64,000 nt of DNA, from assembly GCA_965285935.1 (NCBI GenBank), contig OZ260663.1, forward strand, positions 69,874,001 to 69,938,000, given 5' to 3'. Positions 33,469 to 48,529 of the stretch are shown here, one piece after another. The stretch is from Ophelia neglecta. Taxonomy: Eukaryota. Position 1 is the first letter of the stretch, and each line of letters begins with the position of its first letter. Under the pieces are notes generated by a model. That model had not been told where the DNA came from. It did no database searches and saw only the letters and a program-made list of their open reading frames with translations. Position numbers and translations under genes: made by a program.

Positions 33469-33863
33469 CATAAATTGTGACTGAATGCAGACGAGTCATT
33501 GGGATCCAGTTTTGGGTATATTCCCAGATGGGAACTGAGTTATTACTCGCAATTAATAGCTGAATCAAAAGCCCTACCCAAGTAAATGGGATTAGAGATA
33601 GGACTTGGTATAACTTGGTTATAAATCCTTTCTTGAAGGCGGCGAGATAAGCCCCAAAGCAGAGTTCCTGCTCTCAGGCTGTAAATTTCGTCTCCGGTCG
33701 AATTGGGTTTGTCAGAAGTATCTCGCAATCCTTGCTGCTGCCTGTAGACCGATTGCAAGAAGCTACATGCTCAATCTCAGGGGACAAGTCTATCAGAAAT
33801 ATCCACCGAATACGATTTCTGTTGAGCGAGGGTGTAATTCCTAAAGGAGGGCACTGCAAACAA

Positions 33864-35274
33864 CACTGGTAGGACACGATCTGAGTAACGTTTTGTTACT
33901 CAGATCATAAAATGGTGGACGCCAAATTAACTCTTGTTGGTAAGTAGGCTTTTATCAATATTTACACAGCTTATATGATGGCAGTCGGTTGCTAATAGTT
34001 GTACAACAATGTCTAGATAATAGTGACACAATGTCAGAATTTATAAGAATGCATTCGGGGAGTTTTCTGCGCATGAAGATTTGCTAGGTGATCTGAGTAA
34101 CAAAAAAGGCATGATCTGAGTAACGACTTTTCTTTAATATCACTGCTAGATTTATCAATTGTCAGTTAAACCATGCACAATAGTAAAAAAAAAAGTGTAA
34201 GTGAACAGAATTTTAGTTTATATTTTTACACAAGTCAATCAAGGAACAAACTAACTAATTTGCAATAAACTGATATCCAGGAAATTACACAAAGGGTAAA
34301 TATTCAGACCTGTACAGAGTAAAAAGAACCTGACCTAATAAATTTGTTTCAGTTGTATTTATAATGTTCAGATCATAATCAAATATCATATGACTATAAT
34401 TTTTTGCAAAACTCATGCATACCAAACAAAGTCTGATTATTCCCCACCCTGGACAACCTTGTAATGGGAAATTCCCCTGTTTGAGAATTGCCTTATTTTT
34501 CACCCTCTTCAATATTTCCCCTTTACCTCAGGGTAAAATGTTCCCCTCATAATATGGGAATTTCAGCATATGTCTAGTGGGGAAATTCGGTATATCAGGT
34601 ATACCGCTTATTTGTCACCTATGCTTTTCAATGGGGGTAGTATCTTCTACTGTTCTAATGTTTTAGCTCACATACACTCAACCATGTGAAAGCACAGATT
34701 TGTTCTATATGGAAATGTTTTCCTATTTGTGTAAACCTTGAACACTATTGGGACATTGACTCCAATGGTAAATTATGTTTACAGGCAGTGAGATAGCAGG
34801 AAGTTCAGAAAGGGACTTAAGTATGGCATCCCCATCGCCTGTCAGAGACCCTGCTGATTTTTGACCCCCCCCCCCCCTCCCCCTCCCATCCTCTCCACCA
34901 GGTTGATTAGATAATGGACTGCCTATTTTGACCCGCACATGCAATGCTTAACATACACTGACTGCATGAGCTAATACTGTTTGATAAATGTAGCAGTTAT
35001 ATTTAAGAAAAGTCGTTACTCGGATCATGCCTTTTTGTTACTCAGATCATCTAGCAAATCTTCATGCGCAGAAAACTCCCCGAATGCATTCTTATAAATT
35101 CTGTCATTGTGTCCTTATTATCTAAACATTGTTGTACAACTTTTAGCAAACGACTGCCATCATATAAGCTGTAAAAATATTGATAAAAGCCTACTTACCA
35201 ACAAGAGTTAATTTGGCGTCCACCATTTTATGATCTGAGTAACAAAACGTTACTCAGATCGTGTCCTACCAGTG
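33864..35274. mobile_element. 1411-bp non-autonomous DNA transposon with ~295-bp TIRs and CACTG termini (CMC/EnSpm-like)
   Basis: 33864-34158 is the near-identical reverse complement of 34981-35274. Ends are CACTGGTAGG / CCTACCAGTG. Four GATCTGAGTAAC motifs per arm. Flanked by AA..AA (also AAACAA..AAACAA). No transposase ORF. Confidence 0.93.
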
Positions 35275-38200
35275 AAACAAGAGGCAAGATTGCCTCTCTA
35301 CATACAGATCCGTATAATAGGAAAAGTTTACAAAAACAAGCTATTTATATGTTATCAGACTGTTCTTAATTAAAATTTTGTTAATTTTGTGTTTTAATTT
35401 AAAATCACCCTCTAACGAATATTGAGCATCCTATGCCTAATATTAATCCCTGATAGTTCTGAATGCTGATTTTTGAAATATTTCACACTTTCATGCTCTC
35501 CTACCGTGCATATTAATATATTCTTCTTAAGAAACCACACAGGTTCGAGATCAAGAATGTCAAACCAAGTAAATATAAGCTTTGTAATAAAATGACACCT
35601 GGCGTGGGACTTCTCAACAAATCAATTTGCGATATCAAATATAAACTTGAGCTTTTAATAACTGCGCATTTGGCCTCCAACAAAGTGTGCAGCACTATGT
35701 AAGAACTCTCAGAGCGGGTTTAGCTGCTCAATGAAATCAACCTTCGTTCACACAACATGGTGTTTTTGTTTAGGAAAGTAACATAAAATGAGTTGACTCA
35801 GTAATAATGACTTCTCCCCATTATCCAATATAAGACAACAATCTTAGAACGGCAAAATCACAATCTCCTGTTAGCATTAACGATAATAACCCCAATATTA
35901 TCCTACTTACACTTTCATCAGGTACGTAAATTCTTAAGGCATTAAAAATGAGATAAAAAGGTTGTATGACAACATAGATACAATCGAAAAGGTATTAAAA
36001 TGGATTTTTTGTACAATTATTAGTCTAAAAGATCATAAAGCCTAAATACCATACTATTAAGCTGCTGAATAAAACGCTATTGTTTGCCATAGTAAGAATG
36101 GAATTCAGCATTTACTTGTTTATTTATTTATTGGGTTTCATTATCCTTTTAAATGTTAATAATACCAACTGAATGAAACGGTATTTATTTGTCAATTTTT
36201 AAGCCAACTAAACTAAAAGACACAGGAGCATGTTATATTAATTTTTATCAGAAGAGTTTTGGTTTATTTATTTTATTGTTAGTTGAAGACTCATAATCCT
36301 GGCTTCAGATTGCGTGTGATAGCTTTGATACGTTTGTCGTCAACTCGACAGTCCCTCCTAAGTTTTGCTTCCTCGGCTTGACTCGCACGCGAGCAGCATC
36401 AAGAAATTGTCTACTATCATTAGGGAGCCCCTTTCTAACATTAAATTGATTTCTCCACGGAGTTGTACAATACCGCAGTTGGGTCTGGTGAACTCTGCGT
36501 TCCCGCCCCATGGGGTTAGACTAGTTAGCCCCGCGCTTTCCCGCCTAGACCGTCTCAGTGAAGGGATAGTGTTTCCAATGGTCCTATAGATCGAGTGGAA
36601 CGTATCATGTTTGTTATCTTTGCCTCCAGACCCAAATAATATATCACCGATCATTAAAAACGTAATATTTTATTACCAGCCCTGACCCCTGCTTAGTTTA
36701 CAATGGGCGTGTCTTCATGTTAGCTGTTAAGGCTCTTTGAGCGTTGATCTGACACTTTCTAGTATGATATTAGGCAAATTTTGTTTAGTTGAGCTACATG
36801 TTATATTGTAAGATGCCTATTTCCATGGATACGAGGACATCATTATACGCTGGTGACCCACTTTCGAAACTCAGTGACGGCGGAGTCGTTTATTGACAAA
36901 AAGACAAAATATGTAGTGGCCAGCAGGAACAATGGTACTTGTCAGATTAGCCGCTTAACGAATATTTACCCCATACATTCGGAATTCCATATTAGCTTCA
37001 CAGTAACCTTACAGAAGTGTTAAATGAAGATGAATTGCAAATATATTCCAGTAAGCCTTTATTTTACGTGAAATGGGGTGTTATTATATTAATCGCTCCA
37101 TCTTTCAATCGTTTGTACGTAACTTTATAAAGCAATCACCAATAAATGGTGAAAGGAATCGATAATCCAATTTGTGTTTGGTCTAGTTGATAATTGATCT
37201 CTTGACTCTGATAAAGGAGTAGTGGATGTAAGATGAAGACTGGTTTCGGTTCATATTTTTGTTTCCCCTTTTCTATGTATATCATTTGCTTGTCTGGTAA
37301 CCTCCCATCTTTTGACACATTGATTAATGATGCGAATTATCTGCAAGAATATTAACTAAGTGACACAGATATCTTCTATGAACAAAGAGATATATATAGG
37401 TGCTCCCTTTAGAAAATAAACAACTGACAATATCTCCCTGTTGTATATATTTATAATGAATCATGATAGCCTATTAGATATAATATTTAGGTGACTTCAA
37501 GGGAATACAAAAAGCATTAGAAATTCGGAAATTTAATGATATTTGTATTAAAAATAAGTGACGTTGCCTTGGCGTCAACGAAACAGAAGCACATTTTATA
37601 AGGATAGGCAATTTATAATTATGGATTTATTCAGAAATTTGTCTAAACCAACTATAACTTGGCCCTGACAGCATGCCTTTTTGTGCTAAGCAATAAGGCA
37701 TGTTTTTCATTACCTACTCTGGATACCTAGAAATTGAGAAAACTTAAATCTGTTTTTCTTTCATAACACGCTTTTTAATATGAATCCAATTTGTTTTTTA
37801 AGCAAATGACGTGACACAACAACATGGTAACTTTAATTCGTTTGACTCTTGTAATTCATTAATAGGAACATCACGCAAATATGATCGATTGGTTAATATA
37901 TCCCTAATTACATATTAAATTGTTAGAAAGCACATATAAAACGGCCAAACAGTGCCTATCAGTTGAACTATGTTTGGCATTCCCTGATGGATCTAACCAT
38001 TTGATTGTCCTGGTTGTGAAGGCCGTAGAGTAGATATAACTAAGGCCTCAGCGTTTTGCGTTATTATTATTTATTTATTTGACCTCTATTCTGGAGAGTG
38101 TTTAACAACATGTTATGATGATACCTGTTTAGGTATAGGTTCCACACGAACGCGTTGACACTTCCTGAATCTAATATCAAATGTTCAGCATACGCGAATA

Positions 38201-41200
38201 GCCAGCCTTAATAACTAATTATGTTATCATATATGCAATATGCACACGAGACCCATAATACTCTATAGCATGCTATAATCATAGGAAGCCTATACAGGAG
38301 GCATTTTGCTAGTTTACAAATTCGTACACTGATGTAGAAGTCTAAACATGAAACAGACAGAGATACAATTAGAGGCATTACATATTAATGGGCCTCGTTA
38401 AATAGCTGTCAACTCTTCGACCCACGCATTGAGATCCCAATGAATATGTTTTAAATCATGCAACTCCTCAGCACATACCCAATGTTACATTCTGTTGAAT
38501 GCCACCGTTCGTGGTCACAGATGATTTCATAAAGTCACGCTGATAATTGATGGCTCTTCGGAATCTGTAAATCTAACAAAAACCCAAAAATATGTTCATT
38601 TATGAAAATTCTGGGGTCAATAGTGAAACGTAATAATGCTTAGCAAATAATGACAGGTGAACATTGCAAGTACACCAGAAAGGGTGGAATATGCCCAGAA
38701 GACAAATGCAAGGTTTGACAAGTATGATAGACTTATGTATATAGCGAATGTTGACTTACATTCCAACGTCTCATTAGTTCCGACCAGTGCAAAGTGAATT
38801 CTGTCTCTCAAGTGTCTCATTAGTTCGAGAAGTAGATACACCAGATATAATTTTTGTCACGACTTCTCGACTGCCTGGTATTCACCCCCGTTTTTCTGGG
38901 TAAAGTTAATTTCTATTAAGTCATCGTAGTAGCAAGATTTTCAGTTAAATGCGGGAGTGGAAACCTGGCAGACACAGCAAAATCATAAAAACTAAATTGT
39001 CCGTTAGATCGTAAGCAGCAACTACAGGCTCTCACACATCAATACACATGTAAATCAATCCCAAGCTCCCGAACAGTAAATAAACGTCTAATGGAAATTC
39101 GGAAATTCAAAACATAAAAAAGCTATCACTTGCAATGAGGATTCCATGGAAGATAGATTTAAGAGCCCTTATCTAAATGCCTCCTTTGTGATTTCTGTGA
39201 CATGCTTTGACCAACAAATTACTTTCCGTTGAAACTTGATCAGCATCAATAAATATAAATGTACGCGTCGAAACGTTCAACACCAAATACGTGTGCCAGG
39301 GATTTTCACCCTTTATATGCTTGCATATTTGGATTTAGTTTCGGAGGATTTCAGATCCATGCAATTTATGATAGTGTCTTGTTCTGCTGGGTGATATATA
39401 TTTCTAGTGGGTTCATCTACTCATATTTCATCTGCTATTGATATTTTTGCGACCTTGGAGTCGGCGTGGTTTCTTGATAGCGTCACTAAGAAGGTAAACT
39501 GAAAGGCCTGTGAAGAACGTTAACCATTTATTTGTTCGACTCCAAAGCCGTATGTAAGTGAACGGCGAATTGCGTCCAAGCCTCCTGTCATTGTGCTAAT
39601 CTACGGGCCATACCAACATAAATCTTCTCTTCAGTCACTGCGTTAATCTACAGTAACTGTTCCAGTGCAATTGTTCTTCACTGACGTGCTGGTCTATGAC
39701 AGCTCAAAATAATAAATAATTCCAAATTATAGACTGTAATTGCTTATTATTTAACTCTCCAAGAAGTTTAAGAATTATATTAAACGAATTTATACGATGC
39801 GGACGGACAGGGCGTCGCGGCCTTCAAGACAAACAGGACATACTGCCTTTCGGGTGTCTTCGGTCTGAAAGCACCTATCCCCATGTGCAAGATAAAACTA
39901 AACTTAAGTATAAGTATGATCTGAGAAAAAATTTCTTAGCTGAGAATTTTATTACAGCTGATGTGCTGAAACAATATAAGCTGAAACTTGGCTAAGCAAG
40001 GCTTGAGCATGCTGGATTGCTTTAACTAAGTGCTGTGAAAGGGTGTTTCAATTAATGTTCCATTGTGTGTATCTATGAAATATGCACCATTGCTTAATGA
40101 AACAAAATTTATCATTAATGTCTGGATTTACCATTAATGATCATACATCTAGGCCCTATGGTGATGTTAATTGCGTACAACACTCTTTTTGGCCTCTCAT
40201 TGCCATAGTTAGGGGATATGTACCTCTTTTTTTACAAACTTAGACTTAAGTAATCCTTTCTAGCTTGCTTGAATACAAGTTTTATAATTAAGAAAATACT
40301 TACAAGAAACTGGTCTTTATATCTCGAATAGAACCAGTTGAGGCACGCGCTTTCAAAAACGACAATGTCAAACTGGTGGATGCAAGGTGGTACAACAGCC
40401 GGAAGCATCGAGACTGGCTCTATTCGAGCTCACAGCAGGTTCATACAGACGTGCAAGACATCCTTCACGAATTCCAGAATTGCTTATAATTACATGGGAC
40501 TTTAAACAGCCTTCGGATATTTAACGTGAAAAAAGTATGAGCCGGTTAGGCTATGGAACTCCAGCGAGGGTCACCCTTTTACCCAACAGCGAGTTATACT
40601 CGCGTTAATATTTAGAGTCCAGAAACACCTGGCATTCCAAAAACACAGAAGCTCATGCCAGACGATCAAAGGCCAGAGGAAGTGAAAAAGTCAAGCCCTA
40701 AGATGTCAACAAACAAAGCATTTCCCTACTGTCAGGAAACAAAGCTTATTATTTCTTTTCTTTCCTAACCTTGTATAGTGTAAGACAACCTGGTCGTAGG
40801 TAAAACACGTGCAAGACATACTAGGCGAACTGAGCTAAATCATTCAACTCAAAACTTTTAAATTATATTACTGCGTGTTTACCAGAGAGGAGACGTGAGT
40901 CCGGAGGACATTAATCTGTCTCAGGCGTCTACGCCCGCTTTTATGGGCAGTGCAGCGACCCTGGGGAGGCACCCATCGCTTATGGTTGGGGCACTGACGA
41001 ACATCGCTCAGCTGCAAATCCGCCGGAACAAAAAAATATTGCCTATCTAAAGATATCCGACCTGGAACCGACATTTTATCGTCTTAACTATCATTTAATT
41101 ATTTCATTAACTCCATACAGAGGTAAACCATCTTGCATTCTCGTTTCCGTGCTATTAAACCCAGTCCGCTGTGTGCGATATAGTACTTGGTTAATTACAT

Positions 41201-44200
41201 TAATGTAAGGGTATGAAAAGGCCCTTAAAATGTGTACATGTGCGAAACCAAAATTACCATTCTTTGAACAATCATATTTGAATTATTTTCATTTTTATTT
41301 ATCTGGATGACTGGATCTTTATCCTGCGCGACCACTCCTTAACTAATCTTCTTTTCCCACTTATCCACGCAGCCAATTATTGATTGGATTTAAATCAGAG
41401 CAAAAAGTTGCAATTTAATAGCAATAAATACTGCTGCTTATTTCATTATGGAAAGTCTGTGACCGCGAAATTGTGAAATCGATCCATTAATCTTAGTTTA
41501 GTGTTACTGGACAGCAGTCCGCTCTCTCACAGTTTGTGATAATGGTTATTCCAGGGGTCTCCTATAGGTTAATGGTTCTGTTAGGAATTGTTCTCAGACC
41601 TTGACCTACGTAAAGATCGTTACCGAGAAACAAGGCCAAAGGATAATTAGACTTTATCCATGGATGGAATGATTTAACATATTATTGTTCAATGTTCATG
41701 CTGCTTGTGGTATCTTTAACCTGGAAAAAGGCCTACAGTAAACAACCAAATTTTACGCCAGCAGGCACCCTTGTAGATCGCCAAGTCAAGATGGAGGGTG
41801 ACTTCCTTTGGAAAGTAGGTCTACGTAGGAAGACGCGTACTGGAATCTATCTCATACAAGACAATTTCTCGATGATCGCAAAAATTTACAGGTCGAGAAA
41901 ATTGAATAGCCTTCAGTGCGAAAATAACATTTTAAACAGATCACCCTGTTTTAATTCATGGGTTTCACTTTACACCGATGTATTTATCATGCCATGTTCG
42001 ATAAAGCGACTAAACAATCAAATTCGTGTAATATTTCGCTTATACTTTGAAATAAATGCAATAAAGTCACTTTTAGCAATGTCACTTTAATAAGTCTTCA
42101 AGAGAATGCTCGACAATATTTCCCAAACATGATGACGTAGCCTTGAGCACGGTATGGACGTTGACAAGGGGTAGAATGGGTAGCTAGATGGTATAATACG
42201 AATGATTAGACTTAATTCTTCAGTCTAGTTTGCCTCAGTGGTCTTCTGGTGCACGTAAAACCCGCCTTCGCGCTTCCACTTTGACACCACCCGAAATACA
42301 CAGCCGGAGTTAACGGTGTAAAAAACCGGGGTGAAAACACGGCAGACAATCTATTATCAACCATCATGAGTAATGCATTAAATCGACCGGAATTCATCAC
42401 GAACCTCATTTGCAGATCTACTAAACATCAGTCATCAGTTCTCCAATTGTAATTAGGTTCTTTGAAGAAATGTAGTCGAAAAAAACTGATGTCAATTGCA
42501 TATAAAATGTATGAACCCGATATATAAGGCCTACAAGCCAGAAATGGCCATATATATTCAGCAATGAAATTAGGTTATTTCCCTTGGCTTTTATATTAAT
42601 ACATAACTCTAACTGGTACTGTAGACAAGGCCTTTTATTTCGCATAGTTACCTTTTCTCTGGCCAGAAGTCCGATGTGTGTACTGCATGTGTTTTTAAAT
42701 AAATGAATATCTGATGAACAGCTAGTATATTCCTATTTATAGGCTACGCGTCTTAAACCCACTATAGGCATATAGGCTTATACATGATGACTGTTGAACC
42801 TTTTAGCATATATCCCTAACAATAACTGAGAAAGATAATTACATATGCACCTGACTTCTACGAAACGACTTCTCTGCCTCTCCCAACATGACATGATATG
42901 ATCTTGTCATTTTCATTCGGCGTACCAACATGATCATTCTTGTCCTTAGAATGATTTTGTCAATGAAAACTGTTCAAGTAGCTATTAAGTGAATGAGAAT
43001 GGTGGGGAATATCACTTCAGTGGACCTTTTATACAAAGGAGCTACTCTAGTTAAATTTTTTTCTGCCGCCTGTGTACTGCATACCGAAATTGAGTTTCAA
43101 CTTTCGTCGAAAAGGAGCAACTACATGTTCTTTTTTGAAATCTTGTAGTTGCTATGGGAAGAGTTTCGAAACCGTACATTTGATTTGTAAGAAAATAACC
43201 CCTTCATTCCTTATTCAACTATAAGCTACCCTTGTGATTGGCATTGAGTAACCTGATAGCGAAAAAAGTACCCGCATTTAAAGAACTCGTATAATATCAC
43301 TTTAAAAACTTAGAATAGACTAACCACCTAAGTTGCCTACTTGCAATTGCTCTTAATAGCCATCAGAAAAACCCAGGATGACAAATCGTTATGGCGATAT
43401 ATAACCAGAGTCTTGACAGCCCAATAACTGAGTATTAAGGACATATAGTAAATGAACTTGCCGCCAAATGATGAATTATCATGGCTCCCAAAAAGGAGTG
43501 TTCTGCTGCAATGGAAGGGTATTAAACATATCGTGTTTTAACGTGAGCAATTTAAAATTTCGAATAACTAATGACTATTGATCTAAAATGGAAATCTCAT
43601 TGATCCATTTACTTGGTCAACAGGACGCCCAGAATGTAAAGGTGGACAAGACAGACTAATCTAAAAACTGAGATGATGTTTTAAAAATTTACCTAACATA
43701 ATTTATAGCTATTCATTTAGATCAACGGAATATCCAATATTGGTTGAGACTGCTTTAACATCTTTTTTTCCGCCACATAAATATTTATTATAAAACACCA
43801 ATTACCTTGGTGTCACGTGTTGCGACAGACCAGCTGCTATGACGTTTTATCTTATTGATCTGTATAATGTTTATTCACACACTCGCCGATTTTGTATTCG
43901 TGGAGTGTTTTCTGGACTACCGAAAAGGTTGAGCAGTCAACAACGTTTCATTAGTCGGTATGCCAGTACTGTTAGTAATTGCAAAGACCTGATCTGCACC
44001 TGATCACATAGATTAATTTCAACTGAACAGATAAGATGTCGCTAAACGTCAATTGATGGATTTAGCAAATCATTATGGGAACTTATTGTAGCAATTAGAC
44101 GGCTATAGGGCTAGGGCTCAGAAGACATTTATTATTAAGATTACTAGACCTATAACTCGCAACTCATTTAGATTGAAGGTTCATCTGACTACACGCATGT

Positions 44201-45929
44201 AAAAGTTCTCCAAATATAAATCTGTTGGTTCTTTCTTTCGGCTATGTTTAGGAGAATAACTAAAGGTACACTCAATCATTCTTATTGAAAACAAAACCCC
44301 TGCTATATAATAGTTGTATTAGATTATGATAGAACATGAATCATTCCCTAGAGACCACCTCTATATTCAGACCATCTCTATATTCAGATCACTAATATGA
44401 GTTGCATATTGTATACTTTAAATGTAACAAGAAATTACAAGCTCCAGCTATCGTATAGTCCCAGGCAGTGCTTTCTTTTCATTTAAACGGATTTCAAATT
44501 CGTTCTTTATGTTGAAAGACTGGTCAACTGATCGCTGGATAAGCCTATTATTACCAAAACTACTTCTATCAGTCCAAAACGGCATGTGCCGGCCTACGTT
44601 TTTCTCAATAACAAAACTATTAGTGTAGCTTGAGAAAGGCTAGTTTCCGGCTTGGGGTTTTGTTTACTGGCCGGTCGGGTATTTTCGGCGTAGGCTACGC
44701 CCTGGGACACAGCAGATTCAAAAGAAGTGCTCAAGGAAATTCTGCGCCGCTTGCAGTCAGCCCTGTGGCAAAACAGTGGGCAAAGAAACACGCCCGTCTC
44801 ATATGAAATGTTCTCGGCCCTTTTCTACTTGCTTATTGGTATAACCATATAGTTATAGAATTATGTCTTGGCCTACCCTAGTACGTAAATAAAACTACCG
44901 TCCCAAACATACATGGCAGAGGTTCCATTCGGCCATTTGCAATTTTTGATCTCAAAAAAATAGTCTGGTTTTCAGCAGTTTCAACGAAAATTATAGTGTA
45001 AATAAGTTTTGATAGTTAAAATCCATAGCAAGAGGCGTATGTTTGCAACAGCTATACAGACGGCTGAAATGTTTACATTATCTATATTCAAAATGTATTT
45101 TTCAGCGATTTAGGACGGGTTGTCGGTAAATTATGTTCTTCCTTCACATGTCGAGTGAACGTTCGCTTATTTTTGAATGAATACTCGCCAGTATTGAACA
45201 TGCCAACTTGTAAAATGAAGCTCTGCTCTGACGAAAACCCTATCTAGGACAGGTCAGGTCAATCGTGATTTTAGATACACACACGTTGTTTCTGACATAG
45301 GCCCTAACCATAATCTATATAACAATAAACTTCATATAGCGACTAGTTCAGCCTAGCGGTCTTCTTTCGCATATGGGAGAAAATATCAAAAATTCATCAC
45401 AGCAAATGTACAACCGATTTTTGCAAGAGGCTCGTGAAGAAAAAGTGGCCATTTTACTTGTTTTTGTCACATGTGGGAACCAAGGAAGCATAAATACATC
45501 TAATTCTAATACACAATACTATATTGGGCATGGAAATGACCCACTTCAAAGCTGCTCCACGAGTTGATTCACAATGCTGTTGCCATGACGGCGGTTATCA
45601 TAGAAACCAAACTGCAGCCTAAAGTGGTTAGTGGTTGTTAGTTTTGTCTTCGACTGGCACGAATTACATCAGAGAATACCCAAATGCGTACGAAAGTTGA
45701 TAAAGGTCAAGTTCATTATAGTCCTTCAATAGTTGCAATAGTCATTGTGTACTAGCTACATTGTTTCCTTAGTTGCCATGGTTACAAATGACAGTACCAA
45801 ACCCAGAGAACGGCGTGTTGAATAATAATAAAATGTCCATACTTGTGGATGAATTACTGAAATTTAGGTAAATTTTTCCAAAATAATATTCTCCCTAGTA
45901 TACGGACGTTAGGCCCGACCGGTGTTTGA

Positions 45930-46014
45930 AAAATTACTTGTCTAAATCGACCACCTCCATAATTAGATCTGTATTTCCGGTCTATTTGGTGTTCTTTATT
46001 CACAGGTTTCACTG
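45930..46014 (-). mobile_element. pogo/Tigger-like MITE end remnant
   Basis: Minus strand begins CAGTGAAACCTGTGAATAAAGAACACC...GGTGGTCGATTTAGACAAG, resembling pogo-type TIRs. No partner TIR or clean TA found. Confidence 0.3.
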
Positions 46015-48523
46015 TGCCACCATTCCAAACATATTGTAATAATAACACCTACCTAAATTTTAGTGCCTGTGATTTATCCGACTTGGATCGACTATTATGT
46101 AAGTTGTGTTTTACGTGCATCTGATTTATTCGTTAATCCGTGATTTAGGGAAGGATTATTGAAGATTAGGGGTTTATGACTGTGTCCTGGCGGGCCATAT
46201 CTACAATGCACATGAGGAGAAAACGAGCAATATCTAGGCCATAAAGTCGTAAGATGTGTCTGCAAGATAACCTCGTTCTTTAGGCTGCATATATTTAAGT
46301 GTCTTGCATAAAGAGAGTGTCTGTTTTGCAATTAACCAGGACAATAGTGACTAAGCTTTAATCAAAAACAATTCAACAATAATGGCAATCCGCTAAAGCG
46401 ATCATGGATCTACTGTAAATTGCTCCCTATTGGCAAACCTTCCAAGACTTGAATCGTGTCCGTTTCACCAACCAAACAGCTGCAGGTGTTCCAATATAAA
46501 CTTATCTATGGTATCGATCAAATTTGATATGCCTTTTAATTATTTTGTTTAAATTAGGTTTTTTTTTTCTTTTGAGGGAATTTATTATATGCTTAGCTCT
46601 ATAGCTTTCAACAGGTTATTTGCTCTTATCGTATAGCGTCGTTATTATATATGCCCCTAGTCTACCTCTAATTGTTAATTGGATTCGCCAACCTAGAAAG
46701 GCTATAACGGAAGTGGCATGTCTGCCGGAAACACTAGCAGGCAATCTTAGGTCTGCCGGCCCGGCGTTGTTTTTGCCTGAAAGCCGACCATTGCTCTTTA
46801 ATCGACCAGACACGATAATCTCATGCCCGGGGGCTTCCTGTATATCTGTTGTCCACAATCTTGCAAATGACTCACCTAAGGAGCACAACAAATTAAGCAA
46901 TCATGATAATAGTGGTGACTTGCGCAACCATACTCTTCGAGGGACCCGTAAGTATGGAATGAAGCTTGTCATAGAAACACACTTGAATGCCTAATATCAC
47001 TTAGTACTAGTCAAGAAGCAGCAAACGACACTGTTATATTAATTTGTAATTGCAACACGGCTGCCGTCGCAAGGGGTTTTAGCATTGGTGAGAGAACCCA
47101 CAATCATGTAATTAAATTAAGCAATTCGGCGAAGTTAATTGGGCGCAAATGATATTGAGTACTTACTCTATATCAATCGTGACTAAGCTTATATATACGC
47201 CGAATATGGCAAGATTACGAGACTATAGTGGCGGTTCAGGGCAGCAATAATAACACGTGGCCCATTATGACTGGTAAAACATTACCATAGTAAATTGATT
47301 GATAATGGCAGGAATCATCCATTCAATGGCTGTCTGCTTTTAGAAGTTTCTGCGATAATTGGCAGTATTTTAACTGGTTTTGTGCAGTTTGCATTCTAAC
47401 ACTGACATCTCAGTCGTTTCAGCTTCGACCCTAGAGAGTAGCACCCGTCTTCGACAAACCAAATTCAGGCGTTTGTTCTAAACAGCGACTTCCTACAATA
47501 CAACCTGCTCGTCATTTCGACGATTATTTCAGACCACTTGAACGCGCAAGGTGAATTCACCAGATAATATTTCACATCCACCCTGTATCAGGGCCGTTTG
47601 TGCCTATCATTGCGGAAAGTTCTTTTTCAAAGAACAAAAATTTCAAAACGTATCATCTACGAAACCACAAAAGCTACCACAGTCATATATTTCCATTTAC
47701 TTCCGGCACATGTAAACCAGTCATCGCTGAGGACATCTGACACGCGCACATTGACAACTGCTCTGTATCTCTATGATGTATTGACATTCCCATGCATGAG
47801 ACGCTGGTTGGAACAACCTAGCCGCTTGCCAGCCTCGTTTTATAGCAGAAATTATGATAAATGTGGTCAATTCCACTTAAATCGCTATATCTGAGAGTTT
47901 GCGTGTTATATTAAAGTCTGGGTAGTAGGTTTGTGAACAGAGGCTGGTGCCTGGTGTCTGCTGTAATATAACACTATTAATGTCATGTAGTCTCTGGGCA
48001 AAAATACAGAGATCACTCCCGAAGAGCTCTTCAAGCGAACCCATCATCGATAATACTGACAAAGGAACGCATATTATGGTAATCCAGCAGGCGGGAATGA
48101 TACATCCACGGGCCTGGTCATGCGAAACCACGAGAGCAGCCAGGCGAGTATACTGTCAATGATAAGAATCTTCCTAATTTTCAAGTCGCGCGGAAACAAG
48201 CATATGAACCAAATAGTGAGTGATTTTCCAAATAGCTTTCGGTTTTGACGAAGCCACAAACTAAATTCAGAAAGCAGGAATCAACATTTTATAACTTCCT
48301 GTCGTTATTGTGTGCATGGAAGTGGTCAGAAGTTTTGCCCGATTCATGCAATGGTATTCGGTTCCAAAGGGGAGGCCAGTTTAGACATTATTACAAAACA
48401 CATAAAACATTTTTTTTCCGAAGGAAGAAACAGTTTCACAACAAGCCCATTTAGAGAAAAAAACATGAGACTTTTTTTGTATTCACTAGATTAGGCCTAC
48501 GCCACAGGATTTAATGTAAATTA

Positions 48524-48529
48524 TTTATT
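48524..48529 (-). terminator. Candidate polyadenylation signal of the GPCR
   Basis: TTTATT on + (AATAAA on -) ending an AT-rich UTR-like tract; alternative at 49405-49410. Confidence 0.3.
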
